A stretch of 43,356 nucleotides of DNA from contig JAFGOT010000017.1 of NCBI GenBank assembly GCA_016926395.1, positions 1 through 43,356 on the forward strand. The letters are read 5' to 3'. The DNA is from Candidatus Woesearchaeota archaeon. Lineage in GTDB: Archaea > Nanobdellota > Nanobdellia > Woesearchaeales > SKGA01. The notes below the pieces were generated by a model that was not told the DNA's origin, searched no databases, and saw only the letters and a program-made list of their open reading frames with translations. How positions within the stretch are numbered: the first letter of the stretch is position 1; every line of letters begins with the position of its first letter. Shown piece by piece: positions 7,576 to 17,478 of the stretch. Position numbers and translations under genes: made by a program.

Positions 7576-9495
7576 CTAATTCAAAGTCATTGAGCGATGT
7601 AAATTTGAATAAAAAATGTTTGATTCTTTTCTAGCTAGACGTTCAACAATAAGTTGAGGAGTGCTTCTTGCCAGACGACCAATAATAGGATTTCGATCAA
7701 CAACCAAATTCAAATCATTATCCAAACCTTTAGCTTCAATTCCATCAAAACGACAGTTAATAGATGGTGAAAGTTCATTACCCATGTGAGTTACTAAAAC
7801 CATCATAGTTCTTTGTTGAACAGAAAGATGATCTATTATCCCTTCAATAATCTTTGTTGCCACACTTGGTTCAGTAACTGATTCAATTTCATCTGCCAAA
7901 ACTAAACGAGGAGAATTATCATTATTTATTTCCGCAAATTGTTTCAACAAAGTTTCAAAAGCACCAGCATTAAGACTGCCTTTATTTTTAGAAAAATAAT
8001 ACAGCTCTTCAATTATTCCAACTCGTGCTTGCTTTGCAGGAACAAACAAACCCATTTGAGTCAATAATTGAACTTGAGCAAGAAGTTCGAGCAACGTGGT
8101 TTTTCCCCCACTATTAGCGCCGGTTAAAACAGTTATGTTGTCAGTATTGGAATTACCATGTGCAGTACCAATGTAATACTCAACAGGAACCGCATTTGTT
8201 ATATTTAAATTTCTCCCATAAACAAAAGAGAGTCCTTTTTCCGAAATAAAAGGTCGTTCTAAATCATAATCAAAAATAAAATTACCTATCGCTAAAAACA
8301 AATCCAGACCATAAACTTCTTCAACAACAAAAGGCAAATTTTCAATCAATTCCTTGGCAGAGAGGGCAGTTAATTGTTTATGTTTAGTAAAATTTTGTTC
8401 TTGCGAAATCAAAAATTGTTGTTTAATAAGATCTAATTGAGACTCATCAACGGACACATTTCCAATATAATCAACACTGAATAACTCAGAAGTTCCAGAA
8501 CCTAAAATATCAGAAGCAGATTTCATAATTTCTTGTTTCTTTGAACGTATAATTTCTTGAGAAGAAACATCAAGTAAATCAATTAAACTCTTCTTGTTTG
8601 AAATAACACCCATCAAAGTATTTCCAGAAAATGCTGCCTTTGAAATTTGCGATTGAATTAGTTTCTCCAATTCTTTTGCAAGAGAATATATTAAAGGTTC
8701 AATTTCAGAAAATTTTTGTTTTGTTAAAACTGTCGAACTTGGTTTATCAGGAAGAGATTTTAATTTAATTAAAGAATCAAGACTGTAAAGAGAATCAATA
8801 ACCAATTTATTTTCCTCAACTAAATCAGTTATGAATTCAGGAGCAACATCTTCTAGAGAGGGAGTTCCTAGAAGAGTTGTTGCCTGAGGAAGTTGCTCGA
8901 TAAGAGAATTAAAAGAATCATTTTTTCCAGGAATAAAACGTATTTGTTCATAATGATCAATCGACATTATGTCATGTTCAGACTCAATAAAAGTGATATA
9001 AAACTTTTTTGAAAGGATGTTTTTCATATCAGAATAAAGAGAGTCGTCTGCAAAAGCAATAACAACACCATTACGTCTTTTCAAAGAAGAATATTTAACA
9101 TTAGAAATATTTTTAATGAACGTCCTTACAAGTTCAATACTGTCCTTTACAGATTTATAATTGTTGCTTGCAATCTCGGAAATGTTTTGACGCTTTTTTA
9201 TTTCATCAATATTTGTGGTTGGAAAAAATTTTAAGATTAATTCCTTAGCATAATCGGTTGTGATATAACTCTTTATTTTATTAATTATTTGCATCTGTAA
9301 TTCTCTAGCTTTTCGTGTTCTAAAAATATTAACATAATTTTTTGAAAAAATAGTACGAATTATTTTAATTTTGGAATCGTCTTCAATATCTAAATTCAAC
9401 AATAAGTGATAATTTTCATTTTCGAGAATAGTTTTTATTTGAGTAAAATGTTGAGGATAAGATTCTTCAATTTTTTGAAGGAAGTTTTCAACCAT
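7576..9495 (-). CDS. MutS-family ATPase (archaeal MutS5-like, domain V)
   Basis: Walker A TGANSGGKTT, LAQVQLLTQMGLFVPA, Walker B LADEIESVTEP, VTH, GIEAKGL. Confidence 0.85.
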   Translation of the reverse strand: MVENFLQKIEESYPQHFTQIKTILENENYHLLLNLDIEDDSKIKIIRTIFSKNYVNIFRTRKARELQMQIINKIKSYITTDYAKELILKFFPTTNIDEIKKRQNISEIASNNYKSVKDSIELVRTFIKNISNVKYSSLKRRNGVVIAFADDSLYSDMKNILSKKFYITFIESEHDIMSIDHYEQIRFIPGKNDSFNSLIEQLPQATTLLGTPSLEDVAPEFITDLVEENKLVIDSLYSLDSLIKLKSLPDKPSSTVLTKQKFSEIEPLIYSLAKELEKLIQSQISKAAFSGNTLMGVISNKKSLIDLLDVSSQEIIRSKKQEIMKSASDILGSGTSELFSVDYIGNVSVDESQLDLIKQQFLISQEQNFTKHKQLTALSAKELIENLPFVVEEVYGLDLFLAIGNFIFDYDLERPFISEKGLSFVYGRNLNITNAVPVEYYIGTAHGNSNTDNITVLTGANSGGKTTLLELLAQVQLLTQMGLFVPAKQARVGIIEELYYFSKNKGSLNAGAFETLLKQFAEINNDNSPRLVLADEIESVTEPSVATKIIEGIIDHLSVQQRTMMVLVTHMGNELSPSINCRFDGIEAKGLDNDLNLVVDRNPIIGRLARSTPQLIVERLARKESNIFYSNLHRSMTLN

Positions 9496-9554
9496 AAAAA
9501 TTAAAATAATACCAGGAGTTTAAAAGAGCTATGTGTGTTTGTCCAGTGAAGGTG

Positions 9555-10934
9555 CTATTTTTCTAAACGACATAAAGTAACAGTATAACCACAAGAATCG
9601 GTGAAATTCTTAAAACAAGAGCCCTTATCCATAAGAGTTTGAGAATACAAATCATATTTAGAATACATGAAAAGCCAAGCATGAATCTTCTCGTAAATAA
9701 GAAGCTCATCAACATCATCAGTCCAAGGCGCTAGCACCCTAAAATTCCCATAATAACCAAACCAAGGCCAAGCATTAGAAATAATTAAATCACTAGGCAG
9801 AATATGTTCTTTGGCATAATCAATACTCTGTTGCAATGAGGAGTTTGTTTGACAATAAACAACACTTTTTTCATCTTTAAAAAAAACAACTCCATTACTG
9901 ACCAAAGTTAAAATTAAAAAAAGACCAAAAACAAAATATAGCAAATAAAGATAGTTTTTCTCATTAAATAATTTGAGAGAAGAAATATACTCCAAACCAA
10001 TACCAACTAAAAGTAATAGAATAGGAAATAAAGCAATAACGTAACGTTCTAATTTCAAACTTACGAAGAAAAAATAATAAGGAATTAAAACTAAAACAAA
10101 CAAAATTAAAGATTGATAATTTTTAGATGACCGCTCTTTAAACAACTTGATAAAAGAAAAAGGAATAAACAACAATGAAAGTCCAAAAGATACATAGATA
10201 AAAAGCAAGAGAACACTAAGTGGTTGCGTTGCATTATAAGTTGCAATAACCGAATACTGCGCAAAAAAATCCCACATTGGATTGCCATATAGAATAATAT
10301 TTCTAATAGACCAAGGAACTAAGATAGATATGACTCCAAGAGCAAAATATAACAGACGGTTCCATTCTTTGTAACATAATAGTATTACACCTAAGAAAAG
10401 ACACCCACCTGCAGGGAATCGTGTGTTAAAAGCGAATATTGCAGCCATTCCTGAGAAAAACAACAACCAATTGTTCCTTTGTTTATACTTCCAATGATAT
10501 AAAAATAAATACCAAGAAAGTAAAAAAAAGAATATTGAAGGAATATCAGTATAAACCCTAAACGACCAAAACAGAAATAACTTTGAAAAAGCTAAGAAGA
10601 CAAGTAATGAGAAACTGACCCGCCAACGTTTAATATAAAATTTTGAAACTAAATAAAATAAAAACAAAGTTCCTACAGAAAATAAAATTACAACTAGATG
10701 TGCTGAAAAGTCAGAAATACCAAATACAAACCACACAGGAACAATGTATAATTCTAGAAAAGGAAATCTAAAATCTTCATCATAATTAACAGGTTCAAAA
10801 TAACTTTTGGCATTAGCAAGGTAAGCATTTTCATCCCAAAGAAGAGCAGTATCTTTACTGGCTAAAAATACTTGCAAAACTAAAGAGATGAGTAAGACAA
10901 TGAGAACTAAAATTATTTTAGTTTTATTATTCAC
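9555..10934 (-). CDS. Polytopic GT-C glycosyltransferase (PMT/ArnT, GT39-like)
   Basis: LLWDENAY and FRFP motifs with many TM helices. Start placed at GTG 10934, which overlaps the upstream gene end and has a GGGTG SD; the track starts at 10976. Confidence 0.8.
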   Translation of the reverse strand: MNNKTKIILVLIVLLISLVLQVFLASKDTALLWDENAYLANAKSYFEPVNYDEDFRFPFLELYIVPVWFVFGISDFSAHLVVILFSVGTLFLFYLVSKFYIKRWRVSFSLLVFLAFSKLFLFWSFRVYTDIPSIFFFLLSWYLFLYHWKYKQRNNWLLFFSGMAAIFAFNTRFPAGGCLFLGVILLCYKEWNRLLYFALGVISILVPWSIRNIILYGNPMWDFFAQYSVIATYNATQPLSVLLLFIYVSFGLSLLFIPFSFIKLFKERSSKNYQSLILFVLVLIPYYFFFVSLKLERYVIALFPILLLLVGIGLEYISSLKLFNEKNYLYLLYFVFGLFLILTLVSNGVVFFKDEKSVVYCQTNSSLQQSIDYAKEHILPSDLIISNAWPWFGYYGNFRVLAPWTDDVDELLIYEKIHAWLFMYSKYDLYSQTLMDKGSCFKNFTDSCGYTVTLCRLEK

Positions 10935-11994
10935 TTTTGAACACCCATCTAGAGTTAAATAAAAAGTTAATAACAAAACCTAACAAAATACCAACTGCTT
11001 GAGCAATTAAATACCACATGGAAGTGTAAGTAGTAAATAGCCACACTACAACGAGAGTTATTAATAAAGAGATTAAGGAGATAAAATTAAACCTTAAAAA
11101 ACGAGAGAACAAAGATGAAGAAATACTTCTTTTTGTAAAAGTCCAGAAATTATTTAATAAAAAATTATGAATAATAGAAACCTCAACAGCAATTGCTGAG
11201 GATAAAAGAACAGGTAAATGAACAATATCAACCGATAAAAACATAACAAGCAGATTTACAATAGTCCCTAAAAAACCAACAATAGCAAATGTTAATAATT
11301 CTTTGTTTGAAGATATAAAAAATTTCATTAACATCAAAATATATTCAAATATAACTTTAAAACCGAGCTTACTCTCACCAGCAGTTCGAGTTCTAAAAAC
11401 ATAAGGCACTTCTTTAATTTTTAACTTTCTTTTGGAGGCAAGAATTATGGCAAGCAGAATCTTATAACCTTTAACATCCAAATTTAGTTTGTTAAATAAA
11501 GATTTTTTTAATCCAAAGAAACCCGCCATAGGGTCATTTATTTTATTTTTTCCCATAAAAGGGTAAGCCAAGTAAGAAGCGCAACGACTAACAAAAATTC
11601 TTGTTTTCGACCAAGAACCAACACCTCCCCCAGAAACATATCTACTACCCACAACCAAATCATTCTTTTTTAGTTCCAAAAACATTTTTGGAATAATAGA
11701 AGGATCATGCTGACCATCAGCATCCAAAACAAATAAATAATCACCTTTAGCCTTGGAAAAACCTTCAATTACTGCTTGAGATAAACCTTTCTCACTCATA
11801 CGACGAATAACACGAACATTCTTTTCTGAGGAATAAGTATCCTTAATTAATTTCCAAGTTTCATCAGGAGAATTATCATCACACACAATAATTTCAAAAG
11901 ACAATTTAGCTTTATTAAGAACAAAAATTATTTCATCAATAGTCCTACAGATAGACTCACGCTCATTATATGATGGAAGGATTATTGATAACAC
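10927..11994 (-). CDS. GT2 polyprenol-phosphate glycosyltransferase (DPM synthase-like) fused to a GtrA-like domain
   Basis: IILPSYNE, DDNSPD, LDADGQHDP, GSRY, DPMAGFF. C-terminal four-TM GtrA signature (NFLLNNFWTF, NFLFNSRWVF). Confidence 0.88.
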   Translation of the reverse strand: MLSIILPSYNERESICRTIDEIIFVLNKAKLSFEIIVCDDNSPDETWKLIKDTYSSEKNVRVIRRMSEKGLSQAVIEGFSKAKGDYLFVLDADGQHDPSIIPKMFLELKKNDLVVGSRYVSGGGVGSWSKTRIFVSRCASYLAYPFMGKNKINDPMAGFFGLKKSLFNKLNLDVKGYKILLAIILASKRKLKIKEVPYVFRTRTAGESKLGFKVIFEYILMLMKFFISSNKELLTFAIVGFLGTIVNLLVMFLSVDIVHLPVLLSSAIAVEVSIIHNFLLNNFWTFTKRSISSSLFSRFLRFNFISLISLLITLVVVWLFTTYTSMWYLIAQAVGILLGFVINFLFNSRWVFKSE

Positions 11995-12080
11995 AAAGAT
12001 ATATATTTGAAAATATATTTATAAATATTTGCATACAACATATGAAAAAAATTAAGAATACAAAAAAACAAAATAAAAAT

Positions 12081-12785
12081 CTAATTTGAACAAATATTCA
12101 AATCAGAGTTGTTTTCACAAACAGAAGTCATTATTTCTTCACGACTTTGGATACCACAAACAGGATTTTTATCATTTATAACCAAACAAGGATAATTTGA
12201 TAAGTTATAGTATTTAGCCAAAATATCAATAGACTTAACATCCAAATCAGTGTCTAAAGAGAATACAGCCAATTCACGGTCTTCATTTAATTTATCATCA
12301 TCCAAAGTGATATCTCTTAAAATAAATGATTGATCATCACACTTAGAACAATTATCTCTATCAGCATAGAAATAAAGGATTCTTTGTTTTGATAAATCGC
12401 AAGTCTCAACAACATTGCTTAGAACCAAATAGTATAAAACTTCATTTTCATTAAAATGTATTTTTTGTTCTTGATAATAATCACTTTTTTTGAATTCTTC
12501 AGAAGCAGAACTAAATTTTTCCAAATCAGAACCAAGGTCCCAAAGATTACCATCTAAATCTTTAAGTTTTTCTTTAAATGCAAGACATGCTAAATCCTTA
12601 TCATGAGAATCAGCGAGTAAAGAAATTGTTTGCATTTCACTAAAATCTCTATTGATTTGCGAGAATGTTCCTTCTACAGAAACTTCACGTTCTTGATTCA
12701 AAACAGAACCAAGAAGAAAAATTGCTGCAAAAAGTGTTAGTGTAATAGCCAACGAAGCCACAAGTAATCGATATTTTATCTCCAT
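12081..12785 (-). CDS. Membrane-anchored Cys-rich protein with thioredoxin-like C-terminal domain
   Basis: N-terminal TM helix, YFY...CSKC (CxxC), NYPCLVIN. Confidence 0.65.
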   Translation of the reverse strand: MEIKYRLLVASLAITLTLFAAIFLLGSVLNQEREVSVEGTFSQINRDFSEMQTISLLADSHDKDLACLAFKEKLKDLDGNLWDLGSDLEKFSSASEEFKKSDYYQEQKIHFNENEVLYYLVLSNVVETCDLSKQRILYFYADRDNCSKCDDQSFILRDITLDDDKLNEDRELAVFSLDTDLDVKSIDILAKYYNLSNYPCLVINDKNPVCGIQSREEIMTSVCENNSDLNICSN

Positions 12786-14029
12786 GATATCTTCCCTTTT
12801 TTAATTATAGTTGATATTACAGCTCCCCACCAGTAAATCTGGTAGAAGATGTAAAAGAAAGGAAACAACATTATTCCAATTGGGTTATCGCTAAGTTTCC
12901 TCTTTGAATTTAATAGACCTAATAAAATAAATAAAATAACCATCACAAACATAGTCATTCCAAGAAAATTTACTCTACCAAAAAATAGCGGATTAAACTC
13001 AAAAGTCCAATGTTCAAAAAAGTTAAAACCAGTTTGACTAAAGAAAATTATATTCTTAATTATTTTATGTAACAGCAGACCTGCAGATAAAACAAACATA
13101 CCCATAGATAAGAAAATTATGAACATGTTAAAAGGAATAAAAAAACTAAACAAACCATGCTCTTTTTTTAATAACATTTTTCTGTGCTGAAACATAGTTA
13201 AAATAGAACCAGAATACCAACGTCGCCTTTGATAATAAGAACCTTTGAAAGTGTCAGGCATTGTCGCAAAAACCCTAGCATGCATGGTGTTCTTAATATA
13301 ATAACCCTCTTTGTATATTCTAAATGCAATCTCATGATCTTCAGTAATATTATTTGGATCAAACCCTCCAATCTTTTTCATCAGGTCAGCTCTATAAATA
13401 GAGAAAGGACCAGGAGTTACCCAAACAACTTTTGCAAATGAAAATATTTTAAGAAGTAAAGAAAGACCTAAATTAAATTCTACTGCAATAACTTTGTTAA
13501 GCCAAGTTTTTTTATTAGCAACTTCAACAGCAACAGTTATAGCACCAGCTTCAGGATCTTGAAATTCAGGAATAACTTTTTCAAAAATTCCAGGTTCTAC
13601 TTCAGTATCGGCATCCATGCAAGCAATAAATTCTCCCTTACATGCTTCGATACCTTGATTAAGTCTTGCAGCCTTACCTTTATTATCTTTGTTATCAATA
13701 AATCTAAAACGATTATCACCTTTTTCTTTAATCTTCTTTAGATACTTAGTAATTATTTTAGAAGTTTTATCAGTGCTACCATCATTGATGAAAATAAACT
13801 CAACATTTTGATATGTTACTTTATGTAAAGACTTAATTGTATCAGCAACAGTATCTTGTTCGTTCCAAGCAGGAATAATAAGTGAGCAAAAAGGATTATA
13901 ATTAGGATCTTTTTCTGGTTTTTCAAATAGGCTATGTTTGAATACTACGATTGAAAGCACGATGTAAATCATGTAAAACGTTACTATGAACCACATAAAA
14001 TACATAAACGCATTGTACGCCACTATCAT
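12776..14029 (-). CDS. Membrane GT2 glycosyltransferase with QxxRW motif (processive synthase-like)
   Basis: IIPAWNE, INDGSTD, NKGKA, MDADT, TED and QRRRW motifs, flanked by TM helices. Confidence 0.88.
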   Translation of the reverse strand: MIVAYNAFMYFMWFIVTFYMIYIVLSIVVFKHSLFEKPEKDPNYNPFCSLIIPAWNEQDTVADTIKSLHKVTYQNVEFIFINDGSTDKTSKIITKYLKKIKEKGDNRFRFIDNKDNKGKAARLNQGIEACKGEFIACMDADTEVEPGIFEKVIPEFQDPEAGAITVAVEVANKKTWLNKVIAVEFNLGLSLLLKIFSFAKVVWVTPGPFSIYRADLMKKIGGFDPNNITEDHEIAFRIYKEGYYIKNTMHARVFATMPDTFKGSYYQRRRWYSGSILTMFQHRKMLLKKEHGLFSFFIPFNMFIIFLSMGMFVLSAGLLLHKIIKNIIFFSQTGFNFFEHWTFEFNPLFFGRVNFLGMTMFVMVILFILLGLLNSKRKLSDNPIGIMLFPFFYIFYQIYWWGAVISTIIKKGKISWR

Positions 14030-14133
14030 TTGTCTAACCCTAAGGGAAGAAAAGAGTAAATTGGGCTTTAAATAGGTATCTAAAGATAATTTGTTTTATT
14101 TAAAAAGGATACAAAAATTGACAAAAATTGCAA

Positions 14134-14958
14134 TTATTTCCACATAGAAAGAGATTCTTCTTCAATATGATGCAAAGTCCCAGGAATAATAATACTATGA
14201 AGAGGAGCTCCGAAATCCACGTTCAATAATTCTTCAATAGGGGCTGCAACGATTTTAAAATCATCATGACCTAAACGAGCAACACCAATAGCAAAATCAT
14301 CTTTTAAAATAACACCTTCTTTCTTTTCATCTTCAATATGAATTAATACTTCAAGACCTTGTTTTACAGTCATATATCTTGGTGGCATGGTTTTTGGAAC
14401 GTAATTTGGATCTCGAGCAGATTTAAGAAGTTCTTCCTTACTAGGTTCTGCAACTTTAATATCAAGTAAGCAAAGAGTGTGAAGGCCTAAAGATTTGTTT
14501 TGTTTAATCACATCATAAGGAGTGCTTGGGTACCAATCATCATCTGGAAAAACAATACTAGTAGTTTTACCATATTTGTAAAGCTCTAAACCAACAATAC
14601 CAACAGCATTTAATACGGAGACATTAAAAATTGGAACTACTTTGACGTCTTCTTCTTTAGCTCTCAACATAAGATCGCTGTGCGTGGTAGCACCAAAAAT
14701 ATCACCAACAACAAGTAAAGCAACATTTTTTTCTTTAGCAGGATTGATAAGTTTCTCTTCAGCCTCTTTTTCAACTAAATCACGAGAAGCGACAATAACT
14801 TCTTTACCATAAAGAGATTCAAGTTTATTTTTGTCCACGCCCAAAATTGAAGTATAATGTTCTAAATAAATGTAATCACAAGACTTAACAGCTTCTAAAC
14901 CTTTAAGAGTGATATCTTTCTCGTCAGCAAGCCCAATTCCAATTAAGTAAAGAGTCAT
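14134..14958 (-). CDS. dph5: Diphthine synthase
   Basis: LYLIGIGL, EHYTS, GDIFGATTHSDL, GLELYKYGKTTS, GLHTLCLLDIK, PLHSIIIPG. Confidence 0.96.
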   Translation of the reverse strand: MTLYLIGIGLADEKDITLKGLEAVKSCDYIYLEHYTSILGVDKNKLESLYGKEVIVASRDLVEKEAEEKLINPAKEKNVALLVVGDIFGATTHSDLMLRAKEEDVKVVPIFNVSVLNAVGIVGLELYKYGKTTSIVFPDDDWYPSTPYDVIKQNKSLGLHTLCLLDIKVAEPSKEELLKSARDPNYVPKTMPPRYMTVKQGLEVLIHIEDEKKEGVILKDDFAIGVARLGHDDFKIVAAPIEELLNVDFGAPLHSIIIPGTLHHIEEESLSMWK

Positions 14959-15056
14959 GTAATAACAAAAAGGAGGATTTGTTTATAAAAGTTAAGAAAT
15001 AATTAGTTAATCAAACTTCATAATAAGAATTAAAAAAATAAAAAGAAGGTAAAAAT

Positions 15057-15147
15057 CTATTTACCTAAACTTTTTTGGAACAACAATAATCAAAGATTAT
15101 TGAGCTTCAAAAGATCACTTTCCAAGTGACTTTTGAAATATAAGTAA
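15057..15147. repeat. Synonymously recoded duplicate of a CDS 3' end enclosing palindrome copy C (15084-15102)
   Basis: In-gene TTT CAA AAG TCA CTT GGA AAG TGA and downstream TTC CAA AAA AGT TTA GGT AAA TAG both read FQKSLGK*. CAATAATCAAAGATTATTG is identical to copy A. Confidence 0.9.
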
Positions 15148-16008
15148 GTCTTCGGTGGTAAGTTTTTTACCAGTTTTAACTTTCTCATTAACTTCTTTAG
15201 CTTTTTCTTTAAGGTTGATTTGTTCTTGACGTTTTTTATCTTCGTCAATTTTAACATCAGCTTCTTGAAGAACGCCTCTAAGTTCATCAGTTTCTTTTAG
15301 AAGTTCTTTTAATTTGTTATTTTTTTCAGTAAACAAATCCTTGTATTCTTTGAACTTTTCAAAGTAACCTTGTTCTTCTTCTTTTAAGGCATCAATTTCT
15401 TTAGATTGTTCAATAACATTTTCATGTTTAGTTTGAGAATTTGCTGCTTTTCGTTGAATTTGTCTATGAGCAGTGTTTGATTTTCTTCGAAGTTTGTTAA
15501 CTTCTTTAGTTAGAACACTAATTTTTTCCCAATCACCAACAACAGAACTCATTTCATCTAGTTTTTTTCGAAGGGATTTGATTTCCTTCATCATTTTTTG
15601 TTCTTTATCAAAACTCATTGGTTGAGTTTGCATAACATAATCTAGACGTTCAAGTTGTTTTTTTATAAGAGCTGGATTGTCTTCTTTTGAAGTTTTGGAG
15701 GATCCAACTTTAGAATCGTAATTATCTTTTAGAGCTTTTAATTCCGCAGCTTTTTCGTTAATCTCTTTGTTAAGCTCGTCTCTTTGCTCTTTTAGTTCTT
15801 TGACTTTTCCACTAAGTTCGTTTCGTTCGTCTTTAGAACCTTTAACACCACCAATTAAATCAGTGATTTTTTTGTTGACTTCAGAGCGCTTTGAATACCA
15901 AGATTCTTTTTCTCTGTTTAACTTGTTTAACTCTTTCTTTAAAGCACTAACTTGTACTCGTAAATCCTTAAGTCGCTGAACTTGTTCTTTAACTTCTGCG
16001 TTCTCCAT
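15115..16008 (-). CDS. Archaeal coiled-coil protein (COG1340-like)
   Basis: Continuous heptad-rich K/E sequence, QTQPMSFDKEQ, terminal GKKLTTEDLLIFQ. Confidence 0.8.
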   Translation of the reverse strand: MENAEVKEQVQRLKDLRVQVSALKKELNKLNREKESWYSKRSEVNKKITDLIGGVKGSKDERNELSGKVKELKEQRDELNKEINEKAAELKALKDNYDSKVGSSKTSKEDNPALIKKQLERLDYVMQTQPMSFDKEQKMMKEIKSLRKKLDEMSSVVGDWEKISVLTKEVNKLRRKSNTAHRQIQRKAANSQTKHENVIEQSKEIDALKEEEQGYFEKFKEYKDLFTEKNNKLKELLKETDELRGVLQEADVKIDEDKKRQEQINLKEKAKEVNEKVKTGKKLTTEDLLIFQKSLGK

Positions 16009-16088
16009 TATTGATCTAACCTACATTATTTTTCGTTTAATTTAAGATTTCTCTTAATCATCATTATAAAAGTAAAGATAAAAATAAA

Positions 16089-16101
16089 AGCCCAAAGGGC
16101 T
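16089..16101 (-). terminator. Putative terminator of the rpl1-rplP0-rpl12 operon
   Basis: AGCCC-TTT-GGGCT hairpin followed by a T-rich tract on the minus strand, just after the rpl12 stop. Confidence 0.55.
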
Positions 16102-16113
16102 AGTTTGAGTTAT

Positions 16114-16410
16114 CTATCCGAAAAGAGCGCCAAGACCAGCTGCTGCTGCTCCATCATCTTTCTTTTCTTCTTTTTTCTCTTCTGCTGCTGGAGCTGCTGC
16201 TGGAGCTGCTGCTGGAGCTGCTGCTGGAGCTGCTACTGCTGCTTTAGAGATAGCTTCTTCAATATCAACACCATCAAGTGCTGCTACTAAAGCTTTAACT
16301 CTGTTATCATCAACTTTAACGCCTGCTGCTTCTAAAACTTTTTTAACAGCTGCGTCTTCAACTTTTTGTCCTGCTTTGTGCAGGAGCATTGCTGCATAAA
16401 TGTATTCCAT
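16114..16410 (-). CDS. rpl12: 50S ribosomal protein L12 (aP1)
   Basis: [11 protein letters not shown], Ala/Pro hinge, terminal GLGALFG. Confidence 0.97.
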   Translation of the reverse strand: MEYIYAAMLLHKAGQKVEDAAVKKVLEAAGVKVDDNRVKALVAALDGVDIEEAISKAAVAAPAAAPAAAPAAAPAAEEKKEEKKDDGAAAAGLGALFG

Positions 16411-16472
16411 TTTTTTAACCTCAATATAGAGTTTTTATTGTAATTTTTTATTTAAGTTAAACTTAGGTTTAA

Positions 16473-17468
16473 CTATCCAAAGAGTGCACCAAGTCCTGCA
16501 GCTGCATCAGCTTTAGGTTCTTCTGGTTCGTCTTTTTTATCGTTGTCAGCCGGTGCGGATGCAGCCGGGGTTGCTGCAGCAGAAGCTGCTGCGGATGCTG
16601 CGCCTTTTAATTCCTCAGAAAGAGCTTCTTCTGGAAGTAAAGATGCAACAGCCATCATTTGACCATATACTTTTGCAAGTGTATCGCCAACAGTAATATC
16701 AGTTAGGATATCTTCATTGATTGCTAAATTTCGACTTTCACCAAATGCTTTTTGAAGAAGAGCTTCAATAGATTGTGCGTTTGGAATTGCCGCATTAACA
16801 GCCAAGTTAAATGCCCATGAAGCTGCAGTTCCAATGTCGTTGATGTAAGCATCTTCGTCAATGTCAAGAACAGCTTTTGTTAATATTTCACCATTTTCAT
16901 AAACAGCAGTTAGATCAAGACCAATTTCCATTGGTTCGATTCCAAGTCTAGTTAAAAGAGCTGCTAATTTAGCATTAACAACGTCACCTTCTTTAGCAAC
17001 AACTGCATCAGCTTTAATTGCAACTTTTCCACCATCAATACCCGCTCGAATACCAACAGAACCAAGTTCACCAATAACTGGACCTGGAGCAAAACCAGTA
17101 GGACCAGCAGGAACAACAATGTCGTTAGGAGCAACTTGACCGCCTTTAATAGCTGCAGTGGATTTATTTTTCTTTAAAGTTTTGAAAAGAGTAAACGGAC
17201 TTTCATTAGTAAATAATAAAGCAGGCATACCTTTTAGGTGTGGAATAAGTTTGTCAACACCCTCTTTCTTGGAATTTTTTAGAGCAACTGTAATAAGTCT
17301 TCGTTTAGTCATTCTAATTAAAACAGAATCTCGAAGTTTAGTTCTCATACCATAAAGAGTTTTTGCAGGTAGGTTTTCCATATTTACTGCGCCAACATAA
17401 TCATACTTATCAATCAGTTCTACAAATTCAGAAACTGTGTCTTTTTTTTGTTGTGAAACGTGAGCCAT
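16473..17468 (-). CDS. rplP0: 50S ribosomal protein L10 (aP0)
   Basis: N-terminal KKDTV, PAGPTGFAPGP, LGIEPMEIGL, terminal GLGALFG. Confidence 0.96.
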   Translation of the reverse strand: MAHVSQQKKDTVSEFVELIDKYDYVGAVNMENLPAKTLYGMRTKLRDSVLIRMTKRRLITVALKNSKKEGVDKLIPHLKGMPALLFTNESPFTLFKTLKKNKSTAAIKGGQVAPNDIVVPAGPTGFAPGPVIGELGSVGIRAGIDGGKVAIKADAVVAKEGDVVNAKLAALLTRLGIEPMEIGLDLTAVYENGEILTKAVLDIDEDAYINDIGTAASWAFNLAVNAAIPNAQSIEALLQKAFGESRNLAINEDILTDITVGDTLAKVYGQMMAVASLLPEEALSEELKGAASAAASAAATPAASAPADNDKKDEPEEPKADAAAGLGALFG

Positions 17469-17478
17469 TTTTATTTAC

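Noticed and set aside
14111-14130. ACAAAAATTG tandem duplication after dph5
   Set aside because: It is a direct repeat rather than an inverted one, and low-complexity slippage is sufficient to explain it.
16183-16224. Tandem 12-bp GCTGCTGGAGCT repeats
   Set aside because: They encode the ordinary PAAA hinge of L12/P1.
16422-16440. CAATA...TATTG-AG upstream of rpl12 as another family palindrome
   Set aside because: Only 5 paired bases, no flanking duplication, and TTGAGG is explained by the SD.
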